From contig CAYXAY010000006.1 in the NCBI GenBank assembly GCA_964463155.1, positions 2,346-31,142 on the forward strand: a stretch of DNA of 28,797 nt. Reading direction: 5' to 3'. Under the pieces are notes generated by a model. It was not told the origin of the DNA and made no database searches. It saw only the letters and a program-made list of their open reading frames with translations. This document shows positions 7,395 through 14,780 of this stretch, in pieces; position 1 is the stretch's first letter, and each line of letters begins with the position of its first letter. A program made the position numbers and the translations under genes. This DNA comes from an uncultured archaeon (GTDB lineage Archaea > Iainarchaeota > Iainarchaeia > Iainarchaeales > CSSED10-239).

Positions 7395-8693
7395 ATGTTT
7401 AAATCAAAAGGTCAGGTTTCTATAGAAGTATTAATAGTTCTGGCAATATTGGTTGTTGGGGGGGTGGTTTTTGGAATCTATTACATAAACCATCTAAACA
7501 CAAGCATAAAGGAATCAGACCAGACAGGGGGTCTAGGCACAGCAGTTGACAGCTTCGTTAATTCCTTAGACCAAAATGAAACAATAACAACTACAGGCAG
7601 ATTATCAATACAAATTACATCGCCAACTATCACGACGTTTACTGTTGGCTCAGCAATAAATTTTATTGCAACAGCAACAGAAGCTAATGGGACAGTGCGT
7701 TGTGATTGGAACTATGGAACAACGCGATTCCAGACAAACAGCTGTAATTTTATTTATTCAAGTCTACCAGTAGGAATACACACAATAACTGTCAGAGCAA
7801 CAGATAATAGATACACCGCTACTGATACAAAACAAATAACAATTAATCCAACAGTTCCCTCATTTAATGTGCAAATAATAAATCCGGGAACAACTATATA
7901 TGTTGGACAATCAACCGTCTTTTCTGCAACCGCACAAGGGGCATTACCAGGAGATTACAATTGTTCTTGGAAATTAGATGGGGCAAACATTAGTAATCAA
8001 TGTAATTTTACACATACACCGCCTAGCTGTGTAGATAACAAATTATTAAGATTAGAATCTTGGAGAACAACCCCAATTCCTGCAGTATTTGATTCTAATT
8101 CAAAAACAGTAAATATCACTTCCGCATTATCTGGACAAATACGCACTTTACCGGAAACAGGAACACAATACAATTTTGGAGAACACATAACATTTACTGC
8201 AGTCTTCTCCGGAAGTCATGGTGATGTAACTTGTGAATGGTTTATTGATGGAGGAGCAGTTAAAAATTATGGTAATGACGAATGTATATTATATACTGAG
8301 GTGTTACCAGTTGGGTTTTCAGATATTAAAGTAGTTATAGATGATGCGTGTAGGACAATAGAACCAACAGTAGCTATTGATATTTTAAGACAAGATACAT
8401 TTGTTGCAAGGATATTAACCCCCATACAAGGTCAAACCTTTTTTAAAGAAGAACCAATTAATTTATCTATAATAACAAACTTAAGTGATCCAAATACAGA
8501 ATTAAATTGTTATTGGGAAGTAAATTCAATTGCATTAGAGTCATCTGAGTGTAATATTAATGATATTCAAACACTATATCCAATTTTAAATACAGAATTA
8601 CCAGCATCATTTAATATATCTGTTATGGTTACTGTTGTTGAGACTGATGTTAGGTCCATTCATCAATTAGATATAAATGTAGTAGAAGAATAA
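7395..8693 (+). CDS. Secreted/pilin-like protein: archaeal class III signal peptide followed by four PKD/Ig-like repeats
   Basis: The N-terminus MFKSKG|QVSIEVLIVLAILVVGGVV fits the archaeal prepilin pattern (basic residues, Gly, then QxSxE and a hydrophobic helix; DUF361/Epd-pilin-like). It is followed by four ~85-aa repeats, each with a C-x-W...C pair and an LPVG...I.V..D beta-sandwich-like pattern. Confidence 0.75.
   Translation: MFKSKGQVSIEVLIVLAILVVGGVVFGIYYINHLNTSIKESDQTGGLGTAVDSFVNSLDQNETITTTGRLSIQITSPTITTFTVGSAINFIATATEANGTVRCDWNYGTTRFQTNSCNFIYSSLPVGIHTITVRATDNRYTATDTKQITINPTVPSFNVQIINPGTTIYVGQSTVFSATAQGALPGDYNCSWKLDGANISNQCNFTHTPPSCVDNKLLRLESWRTTPIPAVFDSNSKTVNITSALSGQIRTLPETGTQYNFGEHITFTAVFSGSHGDVTCEWFIDGGAVKNYGNDECILYTEVLPVGFSDIKVVIDDACRTIEPTVAIDILRQDTFVARILTPIQGQTFFKEEPINLSIITNLSDPNTELNCYWEVNSIALESSECNINDIQTLYPILNTELPASFNISVMVTVVETDVRSIHQLDINVVEE
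7599..8684 (+). repeat. Four tandem divergent PKD-like domain repeats (protein-level) inside CDS 7395-8693
   Basis: The repeated pattern V.F.A.......C.W..........C.....LPVG...I.V..D appears four times (VRCDWNYG...NSCNF; YNCSWKLDG...NQCNF; VTCEWFIDG...DECIL; LNCYWEVNS...SECNI). Repeat boundaries are approximate. Confidence 0.6.
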
Positions 8694-8696
8694 AAT

Positions 8697-9368
8697 ATGG
8701 AAAAACTAATACATATAATTGACCAACCAAACTGGAAGATTATCCTTTATGATTTAGTTAAATCTAATGAGATAGATCTCTGGAATGTTGACTTGATATC
8801 TCTTACTGATTTATACATAGAAAAGATAAAAAGCCTAAAGGAAGAAAACCTAATTGTTCCAGCTAACGCACTTCTTGCAGCAGCCATTCTTCTAAAACTA
8901 AAAGCTTTTTCTCTAAAACTAACAAACACAGATAATCAAGAAGAGGAACTAAAGCAATTAACGGATGACAATTACATCCTAAGCAACTCAGTAGATCTAA
9001 ACACACCAATGAGATTAAAAGAAGGACAAGTAAGTCTAGAGGAACTAATTGATGTCATTGACATTATGATGAATACTCCTACCAAAAAGAACATAGACAA
9101 AAAAATAAAAGAAAAAAAAGAACAAGAGTTTGTTCTTCCAAAGATTACGATTGATTTTTCAGAAAAAAGCGAAAACCTATTAGGCGAAATTAGAAAACAC
9201 GCAGACGATTACAATCTAGTATTGTTCTCTAAATTCACAAAACACGAAAAAGACCCTTATATAGTTGTAAAAAACTACTTTATACCTCTTCTTTTCCTTG
9301 TCCAAGACGAGAAGATAGACGCTTGGCAAGAAGAGTTCTTCTCAGAAATATTTATTAAAGTCTTATAA
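8697..9368 (+). CDS. scpA: Segregation and condensation protein A (kleisin)
   Basis: N-terminal EIDLWNVDLISLTDLYIEKI...VPANALLAAAILLKLKA and a C-terminal winged-helix-like FIPLLFLVQDEKIDAWQEEFFSEIFI match the ScpA pattern. Starts 3 nt after the preceding stop. Confidence 0.8.
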   Translation: MEKLIHIIDQPNWKIILYDLVKSNEIDLWNVDLISLTDLYIEKIKSLKEENLIVPANALLAAAILLKLKAFSLKLTNTDNQEEELKQLTDDNYILSNSVDLNTPMRLKEGQVSLEELIDVIDIMMNTPTKKNIDKKIKEKKEQEFVLPKITIDFSEKSENLLGEIRKHADDYNLVLFSKFTKHEKDPYIVVKNYFIPLLFLVQDEKIDAWQEEFFSEIFIKVL

Positions 9369-9386
9369 ACTAAAAATCAGAGAAAG

Positions 9387-9887
9387 ATGGCAAAAGAAAA
9401 ACATAACCTCGAAGAGATCAAATGCGCAATTGAAGCAATACTTTTCATGAGCCCAAGAAGCGTTCCTATAAAAAAGATTGAAAAGAATTTTCCAGAGGCC
9501 GAAAAGGAAGTTGTAAGAATTGTTCTTTCTGATCTAAAGGAAGAATATGAAAAAAGAAATTCAGCAATAAAGATTATTATTGACCAAGACTCAGCAGAGA
9601 TGCTTCTAAAATCAGAATATTCTAAGTTTAGTGTGTTTGCTGTGGGAAAGCAACTTACAAAGTCAGAGCTTAAGACCCTTGCATTGATTGCCCTTAACAG
9701 CCCAGTGTCACAACAAAAAATTACCACCAGAAGACCTCGCAAGAATCTTCCAACTTTAAAGGAACTAGGATTAATTAATGTCTACAAAAAAGGAAGAAAA
9801 AACATCCTTGAGACAACAAAAAAATTTGATGCATTATACAATAAAAAAGCAAAACCAAGTTTTGAACAAAAAAGTGAAAACAAATGA
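9387..9887 (+). CDS. scpB: Segregation and condensation protein B
   Basis: IEAILFMSPRSVPIKKI... and LTKSELKTLALIALNSPVSQQKI match the two ScpB winged-helix signatures. Its stop overlaps the next ATG (ATGA at 9884-9887). Confidence 0.8.
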   Translation: MAKEKHNLEEIKCAIEAILFMSPRSVPIKKIEKNFPEAEKEVVRIVLSDLKEEYEKRNSAIKIIIDQDSAEMLLKSEYSKFSVFAVGKQLTKSELKTLALIALNSPVSQQKITTRRPRKNLPTLKELGLINVYKKGRKNILETTKKFDALYNKKAKPSFEQKSENK

Positions 9888-12058
9888 ATAAAAAATTTAT
9901 ATTTGTATTTTTATTTCTAATATTTATTTCTGCAAACATTTTTGCTTATCTACCAAAAGCAGATATGAAAATCTTTGCGGTTAATTCTCAAGGAAGGGGG
10001 ATGGATGCTAATCTTATAATTGAAATAAAACCCGGAACAGGAAAAATATATTCAAATATTAATTCTCAAGTCGGAGTATTAACCCAAGAATCAGAGAGAA
10101 ACGCAGTAATCGCTGCTGAAAGGATTGTTCCAAATGCCAAAGGCAAGTACGATTATTTCTTTGAGATACAATCTGTTGCAAGTTTAATTGATGGACCGTC
10201 AGCAGGAGCAGCAATGGCCTTATTGATTGTTTCAATGCTTAACGACAAAGACCTTTCAGGAAAAGTAAGCATTACTGGAACAATAACAGAAGACGGCTTT
10301 GTGGGAGACGTTGGGGGAATTGGGTCCAAGGCAAAAAAAGCTTCAGAGATTGGTATAAAACTATTTATGATACCTGCAAGAAGCAGAAGACAAGCAATAA
10401 CAAACGCATCAGGAAACGCACAGATTGTTGACCTTCCTGATTTTGCTTATAATAACTGGAATATGAAGGTTGTTGAGGTAGAGACAATTGAAGACATAAA
10501 AAATTATGTTTCAATGAATATTGAAGAAATTGATATTAACAAGACAAAAGAAACAACAACCCCTGATTATTTACCTCCAGGAATAGAATACTCAGACGCA
10601 TTATTGCCTATGAGAAACATTGTTGATGATTATATAGTAAATGCCAACAGTATACTTACAAGAACCGAAAACAGCATAAGCAATAGCAAGATAAAAGACA
10701 GTTCAATTGTTCAAAGTTTATTGTCATTAGTCGATTACTCAAAGGAATCAATATCACAAGCAGAAAAATACTCAAAAGCAAATTATCTTTATACAGCAGC
10801 TAACGAAGCGTTCTTAGCAAAAACCTATTTGATAACAATAGATGAAGTTGTTAATAACCCATCAATACTTTCATCTGATTCAACAATATACAATATGAGA
10901 ATAAAAAACATAGAAAACAAAATAGCAACTACGGAAAACCGTTCAAAACTATGTTCTCTTGACAAGATGGAATGGTGTATAAGTGCAAGACAAAGAATTG
11001 TCTGGGCAAAAAACAAGATTAAAGACATCAAGTCATCAAGTAGCAACAGTAATTCGCAACTTGACAAGATAATGAACTACAGTTATTCCCTTGCTTGGGT
11101 AAACATAGCAAATGATTTCTTAGATGCAGGAATAAGTAATAACAGTCCAGCATTTGTTGAAAGCTCAGAATTCAAGGAATTAGCTCAACAATATATAGTT
11201 GACATAGAAAACGAAATTGTTTTAGTTGATGCATCAATTGCTCAAAATGCTGACCTTCAAAGAAGATTAGAGGCCGCAAAGACAGATTATGAGATGGGTT
11301 GGTATGTCACAGCCCTTTATGATGCAGCATCAGCAAAGGCAATATTAAAATCAAGAAAAGAAACAAGCCAAGAGGCGTTTGACGAAAACCATTTTATTGT
11401 AAAATACAATACAATGAGTTTTTTAACAACACCACAAAACAAAAACAGTCTAACAAATATTTGGTCAAAAATGTATTTTGACCATTCAACATTCTATTAC
11501 AAAAGCCATCAACACTATAAAAGCAAAAACACAACAAAAGCAACAAACGCCATTAAAACAGCAAACTCTGTTATCAATCTTTCGACAGAGCTTTTCAATA
11601 TTGAGACAAAGGTTCATGAATATTATAATAATGCTGGAAATATTGTTATTGAAATTAAAGACAAGGAAATAAAACCAGATTCAGAAACGAATATTCCAAA
11701 GACAACTACTACGCAAACAACAGATAAGGTATATGTCTATGCTAAAGGAGATAGTAAAAACACAACGATACTTTATGTAATAGCCATCGGTTTATTTTTG
11801 ATGATTGTTGCAATAATTGTTGATAACGAAATTAGAAGGAACAACAAACAGGCAAAGATACAAAAAGCGTTATTGGAATTAGAACACAAGCTTTCTGATG
11901 GTCACATAAGTAAATTCACATATGACGATATGAAAAAGAGTTATCTAAAAGAACTAAAAGACAAAAAACAAGAGATGTCTCAGAAACTAGAAAGCAAAAA
12001 AGAAGCAGTGGAAATCAAACTGCCACAAAAAACAAGCGTTACAAAAAAAAAAAAATAA
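9884..12058 (+). CDS. Lon-type (S16) serine peptidase domain protein without an AAA+ module; N-terminal signal/anchor, long helical region, C-terminal TM and Lys-rich tail
   Basis: Lon proteolytic-domain motifs: IDGPSAGAAMALLIV (Ser codon at 10199) and ITGTITEDGFVGDVGGIGSKAKKA (Lys of the Ser-Lys dyad). No Walker motifs anywhere. N-terminal FIFVFLFLIFISANIFA and C-terminal ILYVIAIGLFLMIVAIIV are hydrophobic segments. Confidence 0.8.
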   Translation: MNKKFIFVFLFLIFISANIFAYLPKADMKIFAVNSQGRGMDANLIIEIKPGTGKIYSNINSQVGVLTQESERNAVIAAERIVPNAKGKYDYFFEIQSVASLIDGPSAGAAMALLIVSMLNDKDLSGKVSITGTITEDGFVGDVGGIGSKAKKASEIGIKLFMIPARSRRQAITNASGNAQIVDLPDFAYNNWNMKVVEVETIEDIKNYVSMNIEEIDINKTKETTTPDYLPPGIEYSDALLPMRNIVDDYIVNANSILTRTENSISNSKIKDSSIVQSLLSLVDYSKESISQAEKYSKANYLYTAANEAFLAKTYLITIDEVVNNPSILSSDSTIYNMRIKNIENKIATTENRSKLCSLDKMEWCISARQRIVWAKNKIKDIKSSSSNSNSQLDKIMNYSYSLAWVNIANDFLDAGISNNSPAFVESSEFKELAQQYIVDIENEIVLVDASIAQNADLQRRLEAAKTDYEMGWYVTALYDAASAKAILKSRKETSQEAFDENHFIVKYNTMSFLTTPQNKNSLTNIWSKMYFDHSTFYYKSHQHYKSKNTTKATNAIKTANSVINLSTELFNIETKVHEYYNNAGNIVIEIKDKEIKPDSETNIPKTTTTQTTDKVYVYAKGDSKNTTILYVIAIGLFLMIVAIIVDNEIRRNNKQAKIQKALLELEHKLSDGHISKFTYDDMKKSYLKELKDKKQEMSQKLESKKEAVEIKLPQKTSVTKKKK

Positions 12059-13087
12059 TCATTTTTTCTTAACTTTTAAATCTAGAACTATCTGAACAAT
12101 GCTTGGGGAATAGCTTCTTATTATTCTTTTTTCTACAATTTCTAAAATTACATTGTTTGCCTTTGCAATATCAGCAACTTCTTTTTCAGTTTCACTATAA
12201 GGATCGTCTTTTGACACAAATTTATAGATATGGATCATTCCATCATTCTTTGCAGAAAAGATAGCACAATCCAAGAAAAGTTCTGCTGATTTAGGTAGAG
12301 GCATAACTACTCTAGTAAAGTAGTTTGGATATTTTCGTGCTTCAATCTTTACGTCTCCGAGGATTGGTTTAACAATTTCTTCTACATGATTGAGTTTAAT
12401 GTTTTCAATTAGATATTTAACAGCCAGGTCATTAAGTTCAATTGCTACAATTTCTTTAACAACTTTATTCTTAGCAATTGTAAGCGCAAAAGGTCCAGCT
12501 CCAGCAAAGAAAACACCAATAACTTCTCCATCATTAACCAAAGAATCAATTCTTCTTCTTTCTTCAGAAAGTCTTGTAGAACAAAACACCTTTTCTACAT
12601 CAATTTTAATTATACAGTTGTTTTCTTTAATTATTGTCTCTCTAGTGTCCACACCAAAAACAAGTTCCATGTCTTGTGTTCTATAAACTCCCTTGTGTTC
12701 TCCAATCTTATTAAGAACAGTTTTTGTATTTGTATGTAATTTTAGCAATGCTTTTCCAATAGCAGGATAATAAGAAGTTAGTTCTTTATCAATTCCAATA
12801 ATTATAATATTTCCAACAATATCATAAGCACTATTAATTTGAGAAATAATTTCGGTAGGCACCCCTTCTTCAAGAAGAATATCCTTAAAATTTTTACCTG
12901 CTTCTTTTTGTTTTTCTAGTGTTTCATCGGTGATAAAGTCTTTAATATCAGAAGTAACTTTAAGAACAGGTATAAATACAAACTCAGTAGCTCTTTTAAT
13001 CTTATAAGTATTATCTAGATTATTCTTTTCTCTTAACTTAGCAATAATTTCTTGTGCTTTCGTTTTTTCAATTTTTATAGCAAACAT
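12059..13087 (-). CDS. trm5: tRNA (guanine37-N1)-methyltransferase Trm5 (Met-10+/Trm5-Tyw2 family)
   Basis: 342 aa. SAM-binding VIGVFFAGAGPFAL and VVMPLP (counterpart of the NLP/NPP motif). Length and an N-terminal extra domain fit aTrm5 better than Taw2. The stop abuts the stop of the convergent peptidase gene with a 0-nt gap. Confidence 0.75.
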   Translation of the reverse strand: MFAIKIEKTKAQEIIAKLREKNNLDNTYKIKRATEFVFIPVLKVTSDIKDFITDETLEKQKEAGKNFKDILLEEGVPTEIISQINSAYDIVGNIIIIGIDKELTSYYPAIGKALLKLHTNTKTVLNKIGEHKGVYRTQDMELVFGVDTRETIIKENNCIIKIDVEKVFCSTRLSEERRRIDSLVNDGEVIGVFFAGAGPFALTIAKNKVVKEIVAIELNDLAVKYLIENIKLNHVEEIVKPILGDVKIEARKYPNYFTRVVMPLPKSAELFLDCAIFSAKNDGMIHIYKFVSKDDPYSETEKEVADIAKANNVILEIVEKRIIRSYSPSIVQIVLDLKVKKK

Positions 13088-13111
13088 TTCAATTTCACAA
13101 AAAAACTCATG

Positions 13112-13126
13112 ATTGGGTTTTATATA
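13112..13126 (+). promoter_or_regulatory. Putative BRE/TATA promoter element (attgggttttatata) for CDS 13152; leaderless geometry
   Basis: TATA-like ttttatata ends 25 nt before the ATG at 13152. The same 15-mer recurs at 15773-15787 in the same position relative to another ATG. Confidence 0.4.
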
Positions 13127-13151
13127 TATCTAAAAATATAAAATAATTTAA

Positions 13152-13949
13152 ATGGAGCATATTTTACGATATTTTGTAGGGGGAGGATATAATCTAGTAA
13201 ATACAACAGTTTACACAGTAATCGTGTTTCTAGGTTATTATCTGTTTTACAAGGCAATTAAGAAATATGCTTCATTTGTTAGAATAGACAAGCATTTCAT
13301 ATGTTGCGTGCTTGTCTTTGTATTCTTTGGTTCTTTACTTAGAATACTCGAACAGAATTACACAGGCGTTGGAATAATGGCTTCATCTAATTCCCCTTTA
13401 GAGATTGGTTTTTACTTTCACACGCCTGGCTGGCTTCTTTTGCTTTCTGTTATTTTTCTAGTTTGCTTTATTTTTTCAGCAATACTTTTCAGAGAAAAAT
13501 ATTACAAAATATTAATACCAACAGGTCTAGTTCTATCATTACCATTATTGATTTATGAGTTATTACATTTAAAACACCTTTTTGTTTTTATAATTACTCT
13601 CTTAGCAATCATTACAATTTATTTTGCAATACAGATCTTTGCTAAACAAAAATTACTAGAAGATAAGCTCGTAATCTTAAGCCAAATAACAGATTTCTCT
13701 GCAACTCTTTCGGGATTATTTTTCTTTGGTAATATTCTTTATGAGCAACATCCCATTTCAAGAACATTAATTGGTTTTTCCCCTTTTTTTTACCCTTTAG
13801 CAAAATTATTCTTTGCATTTTTGTTTATTTGGGTAGTTGATAAGATAATAAAAGACAAAGAAGAAAGAATTTACGCCAAATTATTAGTAATAATTTTGGG
13901 GTTTTTAACAGGGTTAAGGAATATTCTAACAATAAGCCTTCTAAACTAG
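13152..13949 (+). CDS. Polytopic integral membrane protein (possibly archaeal DUF63 family)
   Basis: 265 aa with about 7-8 hydrophobic helices. The size and the LYEQHP segment remind me of the archaeal DUF63 family, but this is unverified. No GxGD or other catalytic motif seen. Confidence 0.7.
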   Translation: MEHILRYFVGGGYNLVNTTVYTVIVFLGYYLFYKAIKKYASFVRIDKHFICCVLVFVFFGSLLRILEQNYTGVGIMASSNSPLEIGFYFHTPGWLLLLSVIFLVCFIFSAILFREKYYKILIPTGLVLSLPLLIYELLHLKHLFVFIITLLAIITIYFAIQIFAKQKLLEDKLVILSQITDFSATLSGLFFFGNILYEQHPISRTLIGFSPFFYPLAKLFFAFLFIWVVDKIIKDKEERIYAKLLVIILGFLTGLRNILTISLLN

Positions 13950-14111
13950 ACAGAAATTCCTTTATAAACATTTTTGTTAAGAAATATATTAGCGAACCAC
14001 CCCTTATTCTGCGGAATAATGCAATAGGGTGTGTGTGAATTCATGAAAACAAAAGTTCTCAGGACACCAAGAAATGCAAGACATTTGTTGGATGCGAGCG
14101 CAACCGATTTT

Positions 14112-14184
14112 GCCTCAGTAGCTCAGTGGTTGGAGCAATCGACTGTTAATCGATAGGTCGTAGGTTCAAATCCTACCTGGGGCG
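14112..14184 (+). tRNA. tRNA-Asn (anticodon GUU)
   Basis: Acceptor GCCTCAG/CTGGGGC. D arm GCTC-AGTGGTTG-GAGC. Anticodon stem ATCGA/TCGAT with loop CTGTTAA (GUU, A37). T arm GTAGG-TTCAAAT-CCTAC. Discriminator G, no encoded CCA. Confidence 0.9.
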
Positions 14185-14223
14185 CATAATTAGATTCTAT
14201 TTTTAGATAAATTAATAAATACC

Positions 14224-14727
14224 CTAACCTACGATCATAGGTTTTTTTGGTTTTTGGGGTGCTGTTTCTTCAATAATCTTTTGCTTGACCATTGAAACTT
14301 CTTTTGCTCCTTCTGGACTGTAGATCTTGCCTTCGTCAAGCTCTGCAATAACCTTAAAGGTTATCTTTACTTCATCATCAGCAATTCCTTTGATTAAAAC
14401 TCCGCTAACAGCATGTATTTCGTCTCTTGCTATTGAAATATGGAAGTCTCCCATATATTCTCCTTCCCTAATCTTTGTAAACTCGCCAGAAACTTGTTTG
14501 ATGGCACAAGATTCATTATATTCTCTTTGTCTTAATGTTCCTGTTCTAGTTGTTGCAACTTTTACTGTTTTTAATCTGCCAACTGCCTTAACAAGACTTG
14601 CCTTTTTAACATTATTCTGTATAAAGGCCTTTTCAACACAATCAACGATTTCATCGCCATCATCTAAAATAACATCAAGCATGGTGTTGCTTGTCTCAGC
14701 GGTGTCAGAAACTCTACTTTTTATCAT
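14224..14727 (-). CDS. PPC (DUF296) domain protein, predicted DNA-binding
   Basis: The pattern ...ILDDGDEIVDCVEKFAIQNNVKKASLVKAVGRLKTVKV...GDFHISIA...IHAVSGVL.KG matches the PPC/DUF296 fold signature. The true start may be the internal Met (MLDVILDDG). Confidence 0.72.
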   Translation of the reverse strand: MIKSRVSDTAETSNTMLDVILDDGDEIVDCVEKAFIQNNVKKASLVKAVGRLKTVKVATTRTGTLRQREYNESCAIKQVSGEFTKIREGEYMGDFHISIARDEIHAVSGVLIKGIADDEVKITFKVIAELDEGKIYSPEGAKEVSMVKQKIIEETAPQKPKKPMIVG

Positions 14728-14780
14728 ATTATCACATCACATTTAAAATATAGTTTGCTATTATATTATTATAATTACAA

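Noticed and set aside
9377-9742. 121-aa ORF on the minus strand
   Set aside because: It lies entirely antisense to the ScpB gene, whose product has clear family signatures. Its own product is a Ser/Phe/Leu-rich, low-complexity mirror-frame artefact.
12390-12686. 98-aa plus-strand ORF. Similar short ORFs occur at 2236-2454, 2787-3002, 3486-3680, 4390-4581, 7997-8188, 8747-8929, 10825-11067, 11478-11672, 15879-16064, 18431-18909, 19375-19563, 19910-20125, 20543-20761, 21078-21589, 22003-22185, 23902-24344, 25250-25507, 25900-26088, 26313-26528 and 27046-27381.
   Set aside because: All are embedded in, or antisense to, longer ORFs with recognisable family motifs. None has an independent signal.
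13152-13949. Considered whether this polytopic membrane protein is the missing prepilin peptidase (FlaK/PibD/EppA)
   Set aside because: There is no GxGD motif and no pair of conserved membrane-embedded Asp residues in the expected context. The overall pattern looks more like the uncharacterised archaeal DUF63 family.
13950-14111. C/D-box or H/ACA guide RNA, split-tRNA half, or riboswitch assignment for the G+C-rich spacer
   Set aside because: I find no RUGAUGA/CUGA box pair, no T-loop or anticodon-arm-like half-tRNA features, and no recognisable riboswitch core. Only generic hairpins are present, so I report it as an unclassified candidate RNA.
14043-14156. 37-codon ATG ORF (MKTKVLRTPRNARHLLDAS...) in the spacer upstream of tRNA-Asn
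   Set aside because: It reads through the first 45 nt of the well-formed tRNA-Asn gene and has no RBS or promoter spacing. The region is more likely non-coding RNA or a leader.
14327-14746. 139-aa ORF on the plus strand
   Set aside because: It is antisense to the PPC/DUF296 gene (14224-14727, minus), which has recognisable homology. The plus-strand product is Ser/Leu/Thr-rich with no motif, typical of a shadow ORF.
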